From assembly GCA_051650305.1 (NCBI GenBank), contig JBOFIT010000111.1, positions 39,782 through 103,781 of the forward strand: a stretch of 64,000 nucleotides of DNA, given 5' to 3'. This DNA comes from Cellulosilyticaceae bacterium (GTDB lineage Bacteria > Bacillota > Clostridia > Lachnospirales > Cellulosilyticaceae). This document shows, one piece after another, positions 36,956-46,707 of this stretch (position 1 is the first letter of the stretch; each line of letters begins with the position of its first letter). A program made the position numbers and the translations under genes. The notes under the pieces are model-generated. The model was not told the DNA's origin, searched no databases, and saw nothing but the letters and a program-made list of their open reading frames with translations.

Positions 36956-37516
36956 ATGGTCAAACAAACAAAAGATTACATTCAAAACAAGAAAAAAAAG
37001 CATCTGCTTCATAGTATTCTATGGGGGAGCATCATGCTTGCTATTTTTATCGTAGGATTAGTGGTGATGAAAACACGTAATACAGAATTCACCCTTGTGG
37101 CAGCACTTTTTACACTGCCAATGGCACTGAATCTCACACGCTACTTTGCCTACCGAAAATTTAAAGATCCAAACCCTAAACATGCTAGTTTGTTAGAGCA
37201 TATGAAGGGTACATATAACCTTTATCACAGTGTGATTATCCCAGATAGCACCACCACACTGTACTTTGAGCATGTGGTTGTTACATCAAGAAATATTTAC
37301 TTCATCACAAAAGATGAAGCGGTGATTACGAAAGCAAAACCAATATTGAATGTACGACTTACGCCAAAAGGTATTACACAAGGTGCACAACGTTTTATTC
37401 ATGCAAGTGATACGACAGCTATTAAAAACGCTTGTCTTAAAATCCAGAAAGATGCGTGTTTTAGCGATGAACAAATGGGCAACACTAGTAAGATACTAGA
37501 AGTAATGGTGATGTAG
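36956..37516 (+). CDS. Hypothetical membrane protein (possible NERD-like C-terminal domain)
   Basis: Two N-terminal hydrophobic helices. YHSVIIPD...YFEHVVVTSRNIYFI weakly resembles the NERD core. Confidence 0.45.
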   Translation: MVKQTKDYIQNKKKKHLLHSILWGSIMLAIFIVGLVVMKTRNTEFTLVAALFTLPMALNLTRYFAYRKFKDPNPKHASLLEHMKGTYNLYHSVIIPDSTTTLYFEHVVVTSRNIYFITKDEAVITKAKPILNVRLTPKGITQGAQRFIHASDTTAIKNACLKIQKDACFSDEQMGNTSKILEVMVM

Positions 37517-37535
37517 TCAAATATAGGAGAATAAT

Positions 37536-38507
37536 ATGAAGGAAATCGTTGTAACAGCATTAGAGGCCAATCAGAGATTGGATAAATTATTGCTCAAATA
37601 TCTTAATAAGTGCCCGAAGAGTTATTTATATAAGTGTATGCGCATCAATAAAATTAAATATAATGGTAAGAAACCAAAAGGCAGTGAAATTCTAAAAGAG
37701 GGCGACAGCATTAAAGTTTTTTTGCTGGATGACCAAATTGAGAGTTTAAGAGAAGCGAAGTCTGTAGCGGATACACCTGTTTCATTCGAGGTAGTCTATG
37801 AAGATCAGCAGATCCTTATTGTCAATAAGCCGTTAGGGCTACTCACCCAGAAGGATACCAAGGATGGCCATAGCTTAGCTGAGGAGGTTCAGTCTTACTT
37901 CAAAGAGAAGAAGATGGGCTATGAAGAAAGCGCAGGCTTCACACCAGCACCATGTAATCGACTGGATCGTAATACAGCGGGGATTGTACTGGTTGGTAAG
38001 TCACAAATGGCAGCACAGAGCATTAGCGAGATGCTCCGTACCAAAGAAGTATCCAAGTACTACATGACCATTGTACTAGGGACACTGCGTAAACCACTTA
38101 CCCTGAAAGGGTACCATATCAAATCTCATGATAAAAATGAAGTGAAAATAGTGGATCACTATGTAGAAGGTGCAAAACCAGTAGAGACACGACTCTTACC
38201 ACTCCAAAGCAATGGGAGATACACATTGGTAGAAGTACAGCTGGTGACAGGTAAGACTCACCAGATACGCGCACATCTTAGCCAAATCGGACATCCTATT
38301 ATTGGCGATCCAAAATACGGTGATAAGATAGAGAACCAGTACTTCCAGTCTTGCTATGGACTGCATTACCAGTTCTTATGTGCCTACAAAGTGAAATTTG
38401 AATTATGCAAAGAACCATTCACCTACTTACAAGACCGCGTCTTTACAGTAGCTGTACCAAAGATTTATAGTGAGATTTGCAAAGGCGAAGGCCTTATAGA
38501 AATATAG
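37536..38507 (+). CDS. RluA-family 23S rRNA pseudouridine synthase
   Basis: N-terminal S4-like region, NRLDRNTAGIV catalytic-Asp motif, and GKTHQIRAHL. Confidence 0.9.
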   Translation: MKEIVVTALEANQRLDKLLLKYLNKCPKSYLYKCMRINKIKYNGKKPKGSEILKEGDSIKVFLLDDQIESLREAKSVADTPVSFEVVYEDQQILIVNKPLGLLTQKDTKDGHSLAEEVQSYFKEKKMGYEESAGFTPAPCNRLDRNTAGIVLVGKSQMAAQSISEMLRTKEVSKYYMTIVLGTLRKPLTLKGYHIKSHDKNEVKIVDHYVEGAKPVETRLLPLQSNGRYTLVEVQLVTGKTHQIRAHLSQIGHPIIGDPKYGDKIENQYFQSCYGLHYQFLCAYKVKFELCKEPFTYLQDRVFTVAVPKIYSEICKGEGLIEI

Positions 38508-38536
38508 AAAACGCCTCGGTAACGAGGCGTTTTTTT
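38508..38536. terminator. Bidirectional terminator between the rluA-family gene and the convergent helical-repeat gene
   Basis: AAAACGCCTCG, loop GTAA, CGAGGCGTTTT, then TTT. Confidence 0.85.
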
Positions 38537-39419
38537 AGGCGGATAAAAGTTCGGTGTGTAGCGTCTGGTGAAGCCAGTGGTTCCGTATTTCTTTGGCGAG
38601 TAGGAGATTGTTTGTGGCAAAGCAGTGCTTGAGGATGAAGAAGTAGTCACCGTTATAAAAAGCCATATTGAGTTGTTCGTTATGGAGGGTATGTAAATAC
38701 TTATAAAGACGTGCTAAGTGGTGGTCAAAAGGCGAGATGAGGCGGCTTGCTTCTGTAAGGTTGCCTTGCTGGAAGAGTTGGAGAGAGAGGGTCCTAGAAG
38801 TTTGTTCGATAAGTGGGAGATCACGGCGTTTCTTTGCACATTCCAGTACAGAGTAGTAGTCGCCTAAGGCGAGAAAGAGTTTGGTGGCATCTTTATAGCG
38901 TTTGCTAAGATAAAGGACGATGGCAGCTTCTTCTACTTGGCGCATGCCTTGTAGCTTCTCTAGAGGGTCTTCACATTTGCAGAAGGCATCTAAGGCAAGG
39001 GTCGGACGTTTATTGTAGAGATAGCAGAGGCCTAACTCACTATAATTGCCAAGTTTTTTGTAGAGCTTGATCGCTTGAGGGATGTCGAAGAAGTGGTAAA
39101 AGTAAGCGGCTTTTGGGAGATGCTGATGGCGCATACAAAGGGCAGCGCCTTCTTTGTAGAGTTGATGTGCGTGTGCGATGGAGACAGCTTCAGAGATGAG
39201 GCCTACTTTTTCATAGCAGTGCATCAAATGTCTATAAGCATCACATTGTGCGAAGCAGAAGATAGCGTGGTCGTAGGCACCTTTTTTGGCATAGATACGA
39301 CCCGCTTCGAAGTAGAGGCCACAATTCCTGAGAAAATGCGCCTTTTTTAAAGGCGACAGCTTAAAAAATTTGAACTTAGAAAAGAGACACCGTATAATAA
39401 AGATAAAATAACCGAACAT
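38535..39419 (-). CDS. Hypothetical helical-repeat (TPR-like) protein with an N-terminal hydrophobic segment
   Basis: 294-aa ORF with recurring ~34-aa A/Y/L-rich helical pairs (for example AGRIYAKKGAYDHAIFCF and LGNYSELGLCYLY). Diverges from recU. Confidence 0.5.
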   Translation of the reverse strand: MFGYFIFIIRCLFSKFKFFKLSPLKKAHFLRNCGLYFEAGRIYAKKGAYDHAIFCFAQCDAYRHLMHCYEKVGLISEAVSIAHAHQLYKEGAALCMRHQHLPKAAYFYHFFDIPQAIKLYKKLGNYSELGLCYLYNKRPTLALDAFCKCEDPLEKLQGMRQVEEAAIVLYLSKRYKDATKLFLALGDYYSVLECAKKRRDLPLIEQTSRTLSLQLFQQGNLTEASRLISPFDHHLARLYKYLHTLHNEQLNMAFYNGDYFFILKHCFATNNLLLAKEIRNHWLHQTLHTELLSA

Positions 39420-39495
39420 GGCAAACCCCCTAAAAAATCTTATTATATTCTTATTTTACCAAAAAATTACAAAAAATCAAGAAAAGAGGAAAAAA

Positions 39496-40050
39496 ATGGG
39501 TTACTGGAATACACGTGGCTTAAGAGGTAGTGACTTAGAAGAAATGATTAATGTGACCAACGACCTTTATAATGATAAAAGATTGGCACTGATTCAAAAA
39601 ATCCCAACACCTATTAAACCCATCACCATTGATAAATCAAGAGGTGTTATTACCCTAGCGTATTTCGATCAAAAAAGTACGGTCGACTACATAGGAGTGG
39701 CGCAAGGAGTGGCGATTTGTTTTGACGCAAAAGAAACAGCCAAAGAATCATTGCCTTTAGCTAATATCCATGAGCATCAGATTGTCTTTATGGAAAGTTT
39801 TAAAGCACAGGAAGGCGAAGCATTCCTTATCGTTTATTTTAAGAAATATGACGAATATTATTTACTGCCTATCGACTACATTCGTGTGTACTATGATGGG
39901 GCACAGGCAGGAGGCAGAAAGTCCATTCCTTACAAGGCTTTTCCGAAGGAACTTCAGATTCCTTTGCAGAGTGGTATGTATGTCCACTACTTAAAAACGT
40001 TGAGTTATTATATCGACCATAGAGAAAAATTTGTTTGTACACTTGAATAG
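39496..40050 (+). CDS. recU: Holliday junction resolvase RecU
   Basis: MGYWNTRGLRGSDLEEMIN...LIQKIPTPIKP is a typical RecU N-terminus. DAKET and EHQ catalytic region. Start taken at ATG 39496 after AAGAGGA. Confidence 0.85.
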   Translation: MGYWNTRGLRGSDLEEMINVTNDLYNDKRLALIQKIPTPIKPITIDKSRGVITLAYFDQKSTVDYIGVAQGVAICFDAKETAKESLPLANIHEHQIVFMESFKAQEGEAFLIVYFKKYDEYYLLPIDYIRVYYDGAQAGGRKSIPYKAFPKELQIPLQSGMYVHYLKTLSYYIDHREKFVCTLE

Positions 40051-40091
40051 AGTTATAAACAAGTGTCCATAATCCTTATGAGGTGAGAAAA

Positions 40092-41318
40092 ATGAGAAAA
40101 TTAACGCCCATAGGGATTTTTTGTATAGTAATCATGAGTTTAATCAGTGGCTGTAGTAGTGGCCCCAAAGAAGTCATCGAAGTATCCCATACGCTTTTAC
40201 CAAAAGAACGTGTGGTTCAAGACGTGTATATACCTAAGGAAGTGAGCTTAGGCATATACGAACAAGAGAAAGGGATGTATGTCGGTGCTTATGTAGAAAG
40301 CAATCAAGATGTAGAAGGACGTATGGCGGATTATGAAGCCCTTATAGGAAAAGAGCAAGCTTTCCGTGTTTTCCAATATCAAAAGCGAGGGGATATGTCT
40401 AGTCAAGAAATTCTAGAATGTATCGCAGCGAAGCAGATTCCTTATATTAAGATCTTGGCTAATGAAGCTTATGATTTGATGCCTATTTATGAAATGATAG
40501 GGGATTTGAATACCAGATATCAGACGCCTCTTTTTGTAGAGCTTTTTCCAATCCAAGATGATACGTTAGACCCTACGGCCTATGCTAAGTATTATGATGA
40601 TGCGTATAAGCTTTTGAAAAAGTACTTCAAAGACGTGGTGGTGGTATGGAGTATTGATTGGAATCAAGTGTATCTGACCCCTGTGTATTATCCAGGTAAT
40701 CATAAAGTAGACTGGGTAGGACTTAATGCTTCATGGCCTAAGTACAAAGAAGGTGCCGTCTATGAACCACGGTATGAAGAGGCAATGGATTTTTGGTATA
40801 AGTACTTCCAAGATGAAAAACCGATGATGCTTTCCACAGTAGCAATCTCTCATTTCTCAAGAATTGACCACACTTACACCATCGAAGATGCGAAGAATAA
40901 ACTGACGTATTTTTATGAGACAGTGCCAGAGCGTTATCCGAGAGTGAAGGGCATCTTATATGGTGATGTGGATATGTACCAAGTATCGCCTAAAGGAACC
41001 GAAGACTATCGTTTAACGAGTCAAGATAAACTCACTGAGCATATTGGAGGGTTGCAGAAGAATCCCGCTTTTTTAAGTCAAGTGAAGGCGAGAGAAGAGA
41101 TGATGTGCTTGCAACCCATGCTGTATTCAGTACCTGCGTATCGGATAGAAGAGAATATTTATGTCACAGAGGAGCAGTTAAGCGTTGTGGCATTACACAA
41201 AGACCTGATCAAATACATGCCATGTATCATGGACGACAGTGGCGAAAAGTTTTATGATCTGACGGCTATTGTGACAGCACAAGGTGGATGGCTTAAACAA
41301 GAAAATCTCCAAAAATAA
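40092..41318 (+). CDS. Putative lipoprotein, possible GH26-like glycoside hydrolase fold
   Basis: Lipobox LISGCSS. YYPGNHKVDWVGLN resembles the GH26 YPGDxYVDWVG motif. The family call is tentative. Confidence 0.5.
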   Translation: MRKLTPIGIFCIVIMSLISGCSSGPKEVIEVSHTLLPKERVVQDVYIPKEVSLGIYEQEKGMYVGAYVESNQDVEGRMADYEALIGKEQAFRVFQYQKRGDMSSQEILECIAAKQIPYIKILANEAYDLMPIYEMIGDLNTRYQTPLFVELFPIQDDTLDPTAYAKYYDDAYKLLKKYFKDVVVVWSIDWNQVYLTPVYYPGNHKVDWVGLNASWPKYKEGAVYEPRYEEAMDFWYKYFQDEKPMMLSTVAISHFSRIDHTYTIEDAKNKLTYFYETVPERYPRVKGILYGDVDMYQVSPKGTEDYRLTSQDKLTEHIGGLQKNPAFLSQVKAREEMMCLQPMLYSVPAYRIEENIYVTEEQLSVVALHKDLIKYMPCIMDDSGEKFYDLTAIVTAQGGWLKQENLQK

Positions 41319-41388
41319 TCATGTAATTGTACCAAGCACCATATATTTGATAATGAGCAAAGTATATCTGCTTAGAGGAGTGGTGAGT

Positions 41389-43311
41389 ATGGTAGATTTC
41401 TTAGAAATGATACAAGACGATAGAAAATCAAGAAAAGGACCTAAGTTTACAGGGAATTTTCTTGACTATCTACATATTTTAGAAGAGGAAAAAGAGTTGC
41501 ATAAATTAGCCCATGAGCGTATTTATGAACTCTTGATAAGAGAAGGTGTAGACGTTGTTAAGACCGAGGAAAATCCTAGACTTAGACGCATCTATGGTAA
41601 AGACATCTTAAAGAAGTATGCTTTTTTTAAGGATGACTTTTATGGCATTGATAAGACACTGATGAAAATCGTGCGTTATTTCCATTCAGCATCTATGCGT
41701 GGTGAAGAGTCAAGGCAAGTGCTTTACTTAGTAGGGCCAGTAGGTGCAGGGAAATCTTCCCTTATTGATAGCATCAAGCGTCTTCTAGAAGAAAGTGCCC
41801 CTATTTATTCATTAGAAGGCTGTCCAATGCGAGAAGAACCTTTGCATCTTCTGCCTAAGCATAGCCGTAAGAAGTTCGAAGAAGTACTGGGTATCAAGAT
41901 AGAAGGGGATTTGTGTCCAGCATGTCGTTACCGTTTGGTCAATGAATTTGGTGGTGCCTATGAGAAGTTCCCAGTGGTACAGACAGACTTCTCCATTCGC
42001 TCAAGAAAGGGTATCGGTGTGGTGCCACCGGTAGATCCTAACAACCAGGATACGTCAGTACTTATAGGTTCAGTAGATATCTCTAAGATGGACTTATATG
42101 CAGAAGATGACCCAAGGGTTCTTTCTTTGAATGGTGCATTCAATGTAGGTAATAGAGGAATCGTAGAATTTATAGAAGTATTCAAAAATGATGTAGAGTA
42201 TTTGCATACCATGATTACAGCGACCCAAGAGAAGAATATTCCTTCTCCAGGAAAGGGGTCTATGATTTATTTTGATGGGGTTATTCTTGCCCATTCCAAT
42301 GAAGCAGAGTGGAATAAATTTAAGGCAGACCATACCAATGAGGCCATACTAGATCGTATCGTTAAAGTAGAAGTGCCTTACTGCTTAGAACTTGATGAAG
42401 AAGTGAAAATATATGACAAGATGCTTAAAAAGTCAAACTTCAAAGCACATATAGCACCCCATACGTTAGAGATAGCCTCTATGTTTGCTATTCTTACGAG
42501 GCTTACGCCATCAACGAAGGTAGACCCTATCACTAAGCTTAAGATTTATAATGGCGAGGAGATTATTGAGAAGGGGACTACGAAGCGTATCGATATCTTA
42601 GAACTTAAAGAAGAAGCCGAAAGAGAAGGTATGAGCGGTATTTCTACTCGTTTTATCTCTAAAGCATTAGACGTTGCTTTATCTGAATCCGAATCAGACT
42701 GTATCAACCCCATCGGGCTTATGGATGTCTTGCTCCGTGAGATTAAGGAGATGGCCATTGCTGATGAAGTGAAGAAGCGTTATTTAGGTTTCTTACAAGA
42801 CACTATCAAGAAAGAGTATCATAAGATTCTAGAAAATGAAGTGACCAAAGCCTTCATCCATGGATACAAAGACCAAGCACAAGATTTATTCAACAATTAT
42901 CTTGACCATGCTGAAGCTTATGTGAATAAAACCAAGATCAAAGATAGCAATACAGGTGAAGACTTAAGTCCAGATGAAGTCTTTATGCGTTCAATAGAAG
43001 AACAAATCGGCGTGACACAAAGTGGTGCTAAAGGCTTTAGACAAGACGTTACAGCGTATATGTTCTCCGTCATTCGAAATGGTAGTCATGTGGATTACAC
43101 ATCTTATGAACCACTTAAAGAAGCGATCGAGAAGAAACTTACCTCTTCTGTTCGTGAACTTTCACGTATCATTACCAAGAGCAAGGTACGTGATAAAGAT
43201 CAAAATGTGAAGTATGATGCAATGGTAGAAGAAATGAAAAATAACGGTTACTGTGACCATTGTTGTAATGTCATTCTTAAATATTCCGCTAACAACTTGT
43301 GGAAAGACTAG
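41389..43311 (+). CDS. prkA: PrkA-family serine protein kinase (AAA+/kinase)
   Basis: LVGPVGAGKSS Walker A. Length about 640 aa from ATG 41389 (after GAGGAGTGGTGA). Conserved PrkA regions IVEFIEVFK and ILAHSNE. Confidence 0.92.
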   Translation: MVDFLEMIQDDRKSRKGPKFTGNFLDYLHILEEEKELHKLAHERIYELLIREGVDVVKTEENPRLRRIYGKDILKKYAFFKDDFYGIDKTLMKIVRYFHSASMRGEESRQVLYLVGPVGAGKSSLIDSIKRLLEESAPIYSLEGCPMREEPLHLLPKHSRKKFEEVLGIKIEGDLCPACRYRLVNEFGGAYEKFPVVQTDFSIRSRKGIGVVPPVDPNNQDTSVLIGSVDISKMDLYAEDDPRVLSLNGAFNVGNRGIVEFIEVFKNDVEYLHTMITATQEKNIPSPGKGSMIYFDGVILAHSNEAEWNKFKADHTNEAILDRIVKVEVPYCLELDEEVKIYDKMLKKSNFKAHIAPHTLEIASMFAILTRLTPSTKVDPITKLKIYNGEEIIEKGTTKRIDILELKEEAEREGMSGISTRFISKALDVALSESESDCINPIGLMDVLLREIKEMAIADEVKKRYLGFLQDTIKKEYHKILENEVTKAFIHGYKDQAQDLFNNYLDHAEAYVNKTKIKDSNTGEDLSPDEVFMRSIEEQIGVTQSGAKGFRQDVTAYMFSVIRNGSHVDYTSYEPLKEAIEKKLTSSVRELSRIITKSKVRDKDQNVKYDAMVEEMKNNGYCDHCCNVILKYSANNLWKD

Positions 43312-43319
43312 GTGATGGT

Positions 43320-44495
43320 ATGGCGATTTTTAAAGAATTCCAACCCAACAGCCGAGATAGGAGTGTAGAAGATAGGCGAAGACATCGCGAGCTGGTGGAA
43401 AAAAGCATCAAAGACAATATAGGAAGTGTCATTGCAGAAGAAAGCATCGTAGGAAAGACCAGCAACAAAAAAATCAAGATTCCTATTAGAGGACTGAAGG
43501 AATACTACTTTCGATACGGTAAAAATCAGCAAAGTGTAGGAGCTGGTACAGGTAAAGAAGAAAAAGGAAAACGTATTCCAAAAGGAGATGGGAAAGGACA
43601 GGGAGAAGGCGCTGGAAATGATGAGGGTGAAGACATCTATGAAACAGAAATCACTGTAGATGAAGCCATCAACTTCTTGTTTGAAGACTTAGATCTTCCT
43701 TTCCTTCAAGAAAAAAAATTCAAAGAAGTAGAAGCCAGTGCTGGTGATAAAAGATGGGGGATTGCAGAAAAAGGCATTCCGCCTAGACTTTCGAAGAAGC
43801 ATACGGTGATGGCTAAGATCAAGCGCCAGAAAAGTATGCAGCGAGCAGCGAGAGAAGCGGGCATTGACCACGAAGATGAGCGCATACCGTTCCATGAAGA
43901 CGACTTGAAGTACTTTAGACGTAAACCAAAGCCAAGAAGAGATTCCAATGCAGTGGTTATATGTATTATGGATACATCAGGTTCCATGGGGCATACAAAG
44001 AAAAGTCTCGCCAGAAGTTTTTATTTCTTGCTTTATCAGTTTTTACGTATCCGCTATATGAATGTAGAGATTGTCTTTATCGCTCATACAACGGTTGCCA
44101 AGGAAGTGAGTGAAGATGACTTCTTCCACAGAGGTGAAAGTGGCGGGACCTACATCAGTAGTGGGTACCAAAAAGCTTTGGAAATTATCGAGGAAAGATA
44201 TCCTAGTGATGCATGGAACGTGTATGCCTTCCATTGTAGTGATGGGGACAACTGGGGTGAAGATAATGAAAAGGCAGTGGAGCTTGCGAATAAACTTTGT
44301 GAAACCTGTAATTTATTTGGCTATGGAGAAATCAAAATCAGTACGTATACCAGTGCTATTTTGAATAAGTATTTGGATGAAGTAAAGGCGACAAATTTTT
44401 CGGCAGTTCGTATCTTTAAGAAAGAAGATGTATGGAAAGCTTTTGTAGATATGCTAAAAGTAGAAAGAGCTGTCATAGAAGGTGGGGATGAGTAA
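43320..44495 (+). CDS. yhbH: YeaH/YhbH-family (DUF444) sporulation protein
   Basis: Gly/Lys/Glu-rich region GKGQGEGAGNDEGED and the vWA-like MDTSGSM motif. Immediately downstream of prkA. Confidence 0.88.
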   Translation: MAIFKEFQPNSRDRSVEDRRRHRELVEKSIKDNIGSVIAEESIVGKTSNKKIKIPIRGLKEYYFRYGKNQQSVGAGTGKEEKGKRIPKGDGKGQGEGAGNDEGEDIYETEITVDEAINFLFEDLDLPFLQEKKFKEVEASAGDKRWGIAEKGIPPRLSKKHTVMAKIKRQKSMQRAAREAGIDHEDERIPFHEDDLKYFRRKPKPRRDSNAVVICIMDTSGSMGHTKKSLARSFYFLLYQFLRIRYMNVEIVFIAHTTVAKEVSEDDFFHRGESGGTYISSGYQKALEIIEERYPSDAWNVYAFHCSDGDNWGEDNEKAVELANKLCETCNLFGYGEIKISTYTSAILNKYLDEVKATNFSAVRIFKKEDVWKAFVDMLKVERAVIEGGDE

Positions 44496-45775
44496 TGGAC
44501 TATACCATGGACGAATTGATGGCATACAATGAAAAAATCGAGGCGCTTGCAAAAAGTATCGGCTTAGATTACTACGAGCAAGAATTTGAGATTATTAGCT
44601 TTGAAGATATGATGTGTTATGAGGCGTATGTAGGTATGCCATCCCACTATCCTCACTGGAGTTTTGGAAAGAACTATGAGCGCATCAAGACGCTGTACCA
44701 TTATAATTTGACTGGCTTACCTTATGAGATGGTCATTAACTCATCGCCTTGTCTTGCGTATCTGATGAAGGACAATAGCTTGGTGCTTCAGCTTCTTACT
44801 ATTTCCCATGTGTATGGGCACAATGATTTCTTCAAGAACAACAGGCTTTTCAAAGAGTATACCCATGCACAGTTGACCATTGATATGTTTAAAAATCATG
44901 CCAATCGTATCAGAACGTATATTCAAGACCCAAGTATAGGGTATGATGAAGTAGAGAAAATACTTGATGCAGCACACTCCATCAAGTATCAATCAGGTGC
45001 TTTTACTCACATTACAACAGAGACGGATGGGAACATCGAATACCCTTATGAGAACTTACTAGAATATCTGATGATGTATGGGCAGCTAGAAGAGTGGCAG
45101 CGTGATATTTTGATGATCGTGATGGAAGAAAGTCGATACTTTATGCCTCAAATCGAGACCAAGATTATGAATGAAGGTTGGGCGAGTTTTTGGCATTACA
45201 AAATCATGGGGCAATTAGGCCTTGATCAAGGCATGTATATGGAGTTTTTAAAGCATCATAACAATGTCATCTGTACCGTGCCAGGGCGACTCAACCCTTA
45301 CTTTATAGGCTTTAAAATATGGGAGTCCCTTTATGAGAAGTATGACGGTAACTTTGAGGAATTAAGTAGGATCAGGGCTGTGGAACGGGATGCATCTTTC
45401 ATTAGGAAATATTTGAGCTATGAGATTTGTAATGATAGCCATTTGTTTGAATTCCAAGAAGAAGAACGGTATTATGTGGTATCAGAAGTGTCTAACTCCG
45501 AAGGTTGGAAGCAAGTGAGAAATACCCTTGCCAATAATGTAGGGTTAGGCAGTATACCGACTATTCATGTGGAAGAAATGAATAAAAATGATAGGACTTT
45601 AGTACTTAATCACGTGTATGATGAGAGAGAACTTCATTTATCTTTTGCCACAGAAACGTTAAAGTACATCCAAAAACTATGGGGTGGCAAGGTCATCCTG
45701 AAGACGTACCTTACAGGTTTGAAGCGTCGTATCGTCTGTAATGAAGAGCAAAAAGTCCTTATTGAAAATAGCTAA
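44495..45775 (+). CDS. spoVR: Stage V sporulation protein R (SpoVR/YcgB family)
   Basis: HYPHWSFGK, HVYGHNDFFKNN and NEGWASFWH motifs. TAATG overlap with yhbH. Confidence 0.9.
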   Translation: MDYTMDELMAYNEKIEALAKSIGLDYYEQEFEIISFEDMMCYEAYVGMPSHYPHWSFGKNYERIKTLYHYNLTGLPYEMVINSSPCLAYLMKDNSLVLQLLTISHVYGHNDFFKNNRLFKEYTHAQLTIDMFKNHANRIRTYIQDPSIGYDEVEKILDAAHSIKYQSGAFTHITTETDGNIEYPYENLLEYLMMYGQLEEWQRDILMIVMEESRYFMPQIETKIMNEGWASFWHYKIMGQLGLDQGMYMEFLKHHNNVICTVPGRLNPYFIGFKIWESLYEKYDGNFEELSRIRAVERDASFIRKYLSYEICNDSHLFEFQEEERYYVVSEVSNSEGWKQVRNTLANNVGLGSIPTIHVEEMNKNDRTLVLNHVYDERELHLSFATETLKYIQKLWGGKVILKTYLTGLKRRIVCNEEQKVLIENS

Positions 45776-45790
45776 GAGAGGAGCATCATC

Positions 45791-45820
45791 TGTGAAAGGT
45801 GATGCTCTTTAGCTTGTTTT
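45791..45820 (+). terminator. Probable terminator after spoVR
   Basis: GAGCATCATC, a 7-nt loop, GGTGATGCTC, then TTT. Interrupted U-tract. Confidence 0.55.
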
Positions 45821-45882
45821 TTGATGGCATAACAAGTAAAATAAAGCCATAAGATAAAAGACAGCAAATCGTGGAGGACGTT

Positions 45883-46683
45883 ATGACATTTCAATTATGT
45901 ACAATCGCAAGTGGAAGCAGTGGGAACTGTACTTTATTACAGGCAGGAGACACATGCATTCTTATAGATGTAGGGATTAGCGGCAAAAAAGCTTTAGCAG
46001 GGTTAGATGAGTTGGGGATCGATCCAAGTATCATTCAAGGTATATTCATCACCCATGAACATAGTGACCATATTAAGGGCGTAGGTATTTTAAGTAGGAA
46101 ATTGGGTATACCTATCTATGCAACCCAAGTTACTTGGGAACATATGCTTCGTCAGGAAATGCTTGGTAAGGTAGCAGAGGAGCATCAAAAGTTCATCGAG
46201 AAAGATCAGGTGCTTACTATTGGGGACTTAAGCATCACACCGTATAGTATCTACCATGATGCAGTGGACCCGGTAGGGTATGTCTTTGAATACTTAGGTA
46301 AAAAAATCGTCTTAGCAACAGACCTTGGGAAAGTAGACCGCAAGCTGGTAAGCAACCTTTATGGTGCCCATGGTATTCTGTTAGAGTTCAACCATGATGT
46401 GAATATGGTAGAGGTAGGGAGCTATCCTTTCCCTCTGAAAAGACGTATATTAGGAGATTTTGGGCATCTGAGCAATGACCTAGCGGCTAAAGTACTGACA
46501 CATATTTACCATGAAGAAATGCAATGGGTTATTTTAGGGCATTTAAGCAAAGATAATAATTTACCAGACTTAGCATACCTTACAGCGAAGAATGCCTTAG
46601 ATGCCAAAAACATTCGAATAGGCGAAGATCTAATCGTTACAGTAGCCAATCGTGATACGGTGACACCACCACACCACGTGTAA
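45883..46683 (+). CDS. MBL-fold metallo-hydrolase (YycJ/WalJ-like)
   Basis: THEHSDH metal-binding motif. ATG 45883 lies 6 nt after GGAGG. Confidence 0.85.
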   Translation: MTFQLCTIASGSSGNCTLLQAGDTCILIDVGISGKKALAGLDELGIDPSIIQGIFITHEHSDHIKGVGILSRKLGIPIYATQVTWEHMLRQEMLGKVAEEHQKFIEKDQVLTIGDLSITPYSIYHDAVDPVGYVFEYLGKKIVLATDLGKVDRKLVSNLYGAHGILLEFNHDVNMVEVGSYPFPLKRRILGDFGHLSNDLAAKVLTHIYHEEMQWVILGHLSKDNNLPDLAYLTAKNALDAKNIRIGEDLIVTVANRDTVTPPHHV

Positions 46684-46707
46684 AAATACTAGGAAAGGAA
46701 GTTTTTT

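Noticed and set aside
39418-39495. 26-codon N-terminal extension of recU from ATG 39418
   Set aside because: It would overlap the start codon of the divergent gene and has no SD. ATG 39496 follows AAGAGGA and gives the canonical RecU N-terminus MGYWNTRG.
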